DNA of 64,000 nt from Dimorphilus gyrociliatus (lineage: Eukaryota > Animalia > Annelida). Of this stretch, positions 60,275 through 64,000 are shown piece by piece. The notes under the pieces were generated by a model that was not told the origin of the DNA, did not search any database, and worked only from the letters and a program-made list of their open reading frames with translations. The stretch lies in the NCBI GenBank assembly GCA_904063045.1, contig CAJFCJ010000016.1:434001-498000 (forward strand). The letters are read 5' to 3'. The stretch's first letter is position 1, and the number at the start of each line of letters is the position of its first letter. The translations under genes and the position numbers were made by a program.

Positions 60275-60879
60275 AGGATGCTACTATTATTTCAATTAAG
60301 TTCTTTGTCATTTTATGTACATTTCTATTTTTCAGTATTTCCTTTTTATGTTTTTTTATGGGCGTTTATAACGTTAATCTTAATATGTTTCTCTTTCTTT
60401 CTATTAAGTAGGCGAATCTTTCAAAATATTCTTATTATCTTTGGTCTCTTTTCCTTCCCTTGTTGGCTGTGCTTTTTCTTTCAGAAACTATTGCCTATCT
60501 TTTCGTAAATATCTATATAAATTTATATATATATATTTGGCATTGTATATTATTCTTTTGTCTTCTCTTTTTTATTATCAAATATTGAAAACTGTCTTAA
60601 AAAAGTATATATTTGCTTTTTCTCCAAGAAAGTAACATTCAAATGATGGAGGATAGCAAAGACACAAATTATAAAGCACGACAGTGTATTTGTGTTTCAC
60701 AATTGCGGGTATGATTTGTATATATTTTTATACATGTTTATTGAATCAGAGCTTCATAGCCCAATTTACCAAACAACACTTTAAGCCTCAGTGAGTTAAA
60801 ACTTGTGTTTTTTCTTCTTTTTCTTTTTTTTTTTTTACAAATAATTTAATCTGTTTTCATTTAATCTTCGCACTCACTC

Positions 60880-60922
60880 TCTATCTCTCTCTATCTCACT
60901 CTCTCTCTCTCTCTCTCTCTCT
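60880..60922. repeat. (CT)n microsatellite
   Basis: Direct reading. Confidence 0.85.
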
Positions 60923-61999
60923 TACAGTGGTTTAGTAATTACTAATAACAAGCTTTTTGTTAATTACTATTAAATTATCAGTTTTTCTTGAGTAAATATA
61001 AATAAATAATTATTTTTATGAATATTCATCAAGTTTTTTTCTTTCATTTTTTTTTCTTATCGGCAGTGATATAAGATAAAAAATTGATAACAATTATTTG
61101 TCTTTTCTTATATTAAACAGTCGAAAAGAATAAATAAAATTCAGGTAAATAACGTATCAATTTTTACACGAAAAGTAATAGAATTTGGGAAAATAGTTGA
61201 TATTTATTTATTTATTATTATTCTTATTTATTTAAATAAATTAATATGATTAATTAAGACTTTAAACACCAAGGATTTTTCAATATTTTATATTTATTTT
61301 ATGGCCGATAGGTGTCGTTGTCGAATAAAAACCTTGCGTATATTTTTATATATATTTTTTTTCATAAGCTATTGAGGCAACGATGAATAGTGAATTGTGG
61401 GCTCTTAAGAGGTCAAACCTTTAAAAATGTTCATAATTTCCACTAATTAGCCATTAATTAATTAGTTAACATTGAAAAATAGGACTATTATTTAACTGTT
61501 CAGACGAAGATTAAAGATTTACATAAAAAAATATAAAGAACAAGTAAGTACAACAAACCTTTTAATAAGTGGATTAACTATTTCAATATATTCATACACG
61601 TAATATACAATATAGTATAGTAGGCCTAAGGAGAGCGAGAGAGACATTTAACAATAAGATTTGTCCTCCATATTAATAATCCTATAAATTTAAAATAGAT
61701 TTGTATTTATTAATTAAAATTAATTTTTAATTTAGTAAGTTTTTTTAATTAAATCAATAGAAAATTTATTTATATCAATATGTTATTTTGCAGTTACCAT
61801 AGGCTTATAAATTCACTTTAAACAAAGACGTATATATATACTGTATATATACATTTACATGTCTATGTTTGTGTGTGTGTTTATGTGTATGTGTATGTAT
61901 TTGTATGCTTTTGAGTATGGATTTTTTTATTTTAGCAGGCCTTCGATTAGGTGTATAAGGCAAGAAAAGTAAGAAAAAAATATTGAAAAATATTCTCAA

Positions 62000-62151
62000 A
62001 TGACTGAACATTGCGTCCGATCAGGATGGTTGGAAAGGAGGAAAGGTAATATTTAACTACTTATAATGTTGCACTTGACTTTAATCTGTTATCTTATAGT
62101 ATATTTCTTATATTTATTATCTTCTCTATCCTTTTCCTGTTCTATCAGTTC

Positions 62152-62194
<43 letters not shown>

Positions 62195-63728
62195 CCAACA
62201 GTTTACTAGGAAGGATAATATGAATAACTGATCTACGTTGAAAAAAATTAATAATAAACCATAGTCGTGATATACTGTATTAATAAAAAAAAATGAAAGA
62301 AAAAAAAAAGCCAGTTGAATAAATACAGAACGATTGCCTTTATCTCTGTTGCTGTTTTATCAGATAAAGATAAAAAAAAGAGACAGCTTTCAAGACTATA
62401 TCGTTTCCTATTAATATATAGATATATATAAAATAAATAAAGGGATAAGAAGGTTTTGAGTAAACGTTTTATCTACCTATCTATCTGGTTTCTCTCCATC
62501 TTTTATATACCTCTATATTATCCTCTCTCTGTCTTTCTTTCTATCTCTCTCTCTCTCTCATTATCTCTCTCTCTCTCTCTCTAATATGCTTTTTTTTGTT
62601 TTATACTTGTCTATCTTTTCTGTTAGTTGTATATTTTTATTATTATTACGCCTGTTTTTCAATAGTATGAATCAATAATATATTAAAATTTATTAAATAG
62701 GCTCAAAGAAAGGTTCAGTCAAGTCGTATTTTGTTCTAACGTCGGATGGTTCACTTCTGGAACGTAAGAATTCTACAGCAAACAATATTGAAAATTTCTC
62801 TATAAAAAACGGTGATTTTCAAGCTTTTGAGAAAAATCAAATACTCATCAGTCCGGAGGACATAAAACTAATTTTTGACGATGAACGGGATAGGGACGAT
62901 TGGATGAGAGATATGAAAAGAATTGCTTATCCGGATTGCGGAGCTGGTATGTTTGGAGCCACTCTTAAGGACGCCTATCTATTCGAGCGGGAGAGGAATG
63001 AAACCGTTCCATTCATTGTGAGGAAATGTATTAAAAAGATAAAGGAGTTTGGATTACAATCGCAAGGCTTATTTAGAAAATCTGGAAAGATGACTATGGT
63101 TGAGAAATTGAAGGAATCGTTCGACAGAGGAGAGAGAGATGCCTTAGAAAGAGGAGATTTTACAGACGTTCATTCAGTTTGTTCTCTATTAAAGAGATAT
63201 TTGAGAGACCTACCCGAACCTTTAATACCTTTTAACTGCTATGAAAAAGTAATGCAAATTATGCAAAGAACGTTACACGAAAACGAGACAATAGCCTTTA
63301 TTAAACTCCAAAATACTCTGTACAGGATCCCTTTGTGCAACTTTTATATCTTGTCTTATCTAAGCCTCTTTCTGAATGAAGTTAGCGTAATCGATGGAAA
63401 TCTCATGAATGATGAGAATTTATCTCTAATTTTTGATTCATATTTCATAAGACCGGAAATCGATGACGCTGACTTGTTAGCTTGTACGCAACCCAATCGC
63501 CAGAAGGCGACTGCCTATATTATAAAAAAGGCTAGGAAGCTTTTTCCCGAGGAGAAGAGGGAAGAAGATATTGACAAATTACTGGACGAGAATTGTAGTG
63601 TACAAGATCTAAAAGATGTTATTAGACAGCAAAGGTTACAATTGACGAAGATGGTTGAAGAGAAAGAGAGTGCTTTAACCAAGGTTGTCCAACTTCAGAC
63701 AAAACTTGCTGAACTAATGATAAATTAA
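62000..63728 (+). CDS. PH + RhoGAP + coiled-coil protein (ARHGAP22/24/25-like); exons 62000..62045 and 62701..63728
   Basis: A phase-1 intron joins MTEHCVRSGWLERRK to a PH domain ending RDDWMRDMKR. Then GMFGATL, VPFIVRKC, arginine finger QGLFRKSG, DVHSVCSLLKRYLRDLPEPLIP, NLMNDENLSLIF and a terminal coiled coil. Confidence 0.85.
62155..62192. repeat. (CT)n microsatellite in RhoGAP intron 1
   Basis: Direct reading. Confidence 0.95.
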
Positions 63729-64000
63729 TGTATCATATAAATAATTACGTTTAACATTTAAAGGTTATTGTTAAGTCAACTCCTTGTTCAAGTTCTAATA
63801 CTATTTTAACAGAAAACTAGATTTAATATATGTTTTTTTTTACCGTTAAAAGTCCTTGACAATCAAGTAATGGCCAATAAACAGTATTGTATTGGATATA
63901 TTCAGATATTCATATTCTCCTACTACAAGGTTTTGGTTTCTCCAGAGTTTTAGAACTGTCAAACATTTAACTTTTCTCATAAAAAAAAGTAAACACAGCC

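Noticed and set aside
1-64000. CRISPR arrays, rRNA, tRNA, transposase or reverse-transcriptase ORFs, prokaryotic systems
   Set aside because: None seen. The window is intron-rich eukaryotic DNA, and all long ORFs are accounted for by the host genes listed.

Overview
This is a gene-dense, strongly AT-rich animal (invertebrate) genomic window with many short GT-AG introns (about 55-100 bp), scattered (CT)n/(TA)n microsatellites, and no prokaryotic, CRISPR, rRNA or convincing tRNA or transposon features. The compact architecture and antistasin-domain genes suggest a lophotrochozoan, possibly a compact-genome annelid such as Dimorphilus; this is inference only. In order, the genes I can reconstruct are: the 3' end of a rhodopsin-type GPCR, IYD, an AT-hook/PxDLS/SAM protein, a divergent SLC6 transporter, PCF11, intronless DCP2, a 102-aa two-exon Cys-tailed micro-gene, HSPA14, XRN1, a let-7/miR-125 miRNA pair, TOMM40, MRPS33, ARPC4, BLOC1S2, TMEM26, a TBK1/IKKe-type kinase, three tandem membrane-anchored antistasin/Kunitz genes, MIB2 and a PH-RhoGAP. 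Most notable are four things. (i) An unusually divergent let-7 with compensatory hairpin changes sits next to miR-125, with no recognisable miR-100, downstream of a CpG-rich element carrying three tandem consensus NF-kB sites. (ii) An approximately 20-kb RNA-turnover neighbourhood (PCF11-DCP2-HSPA14-XRN1-let-7/miR-125) is built on bidirectional promoters and hides an uncharacterised micro-gene. (iii) A receptor-like antistasin/Kunitz family has a conserved SGKYxxL...LA cytoplasmic tail and a 628-bp gene-conversion-like tract, and lies between TBK1 and MIB2. (iv) Two palindromic 8-mers (TCACGTGA, TAGGCCTA) recur far more often than base composition predicts. All coordinates and splice models were read by eye.
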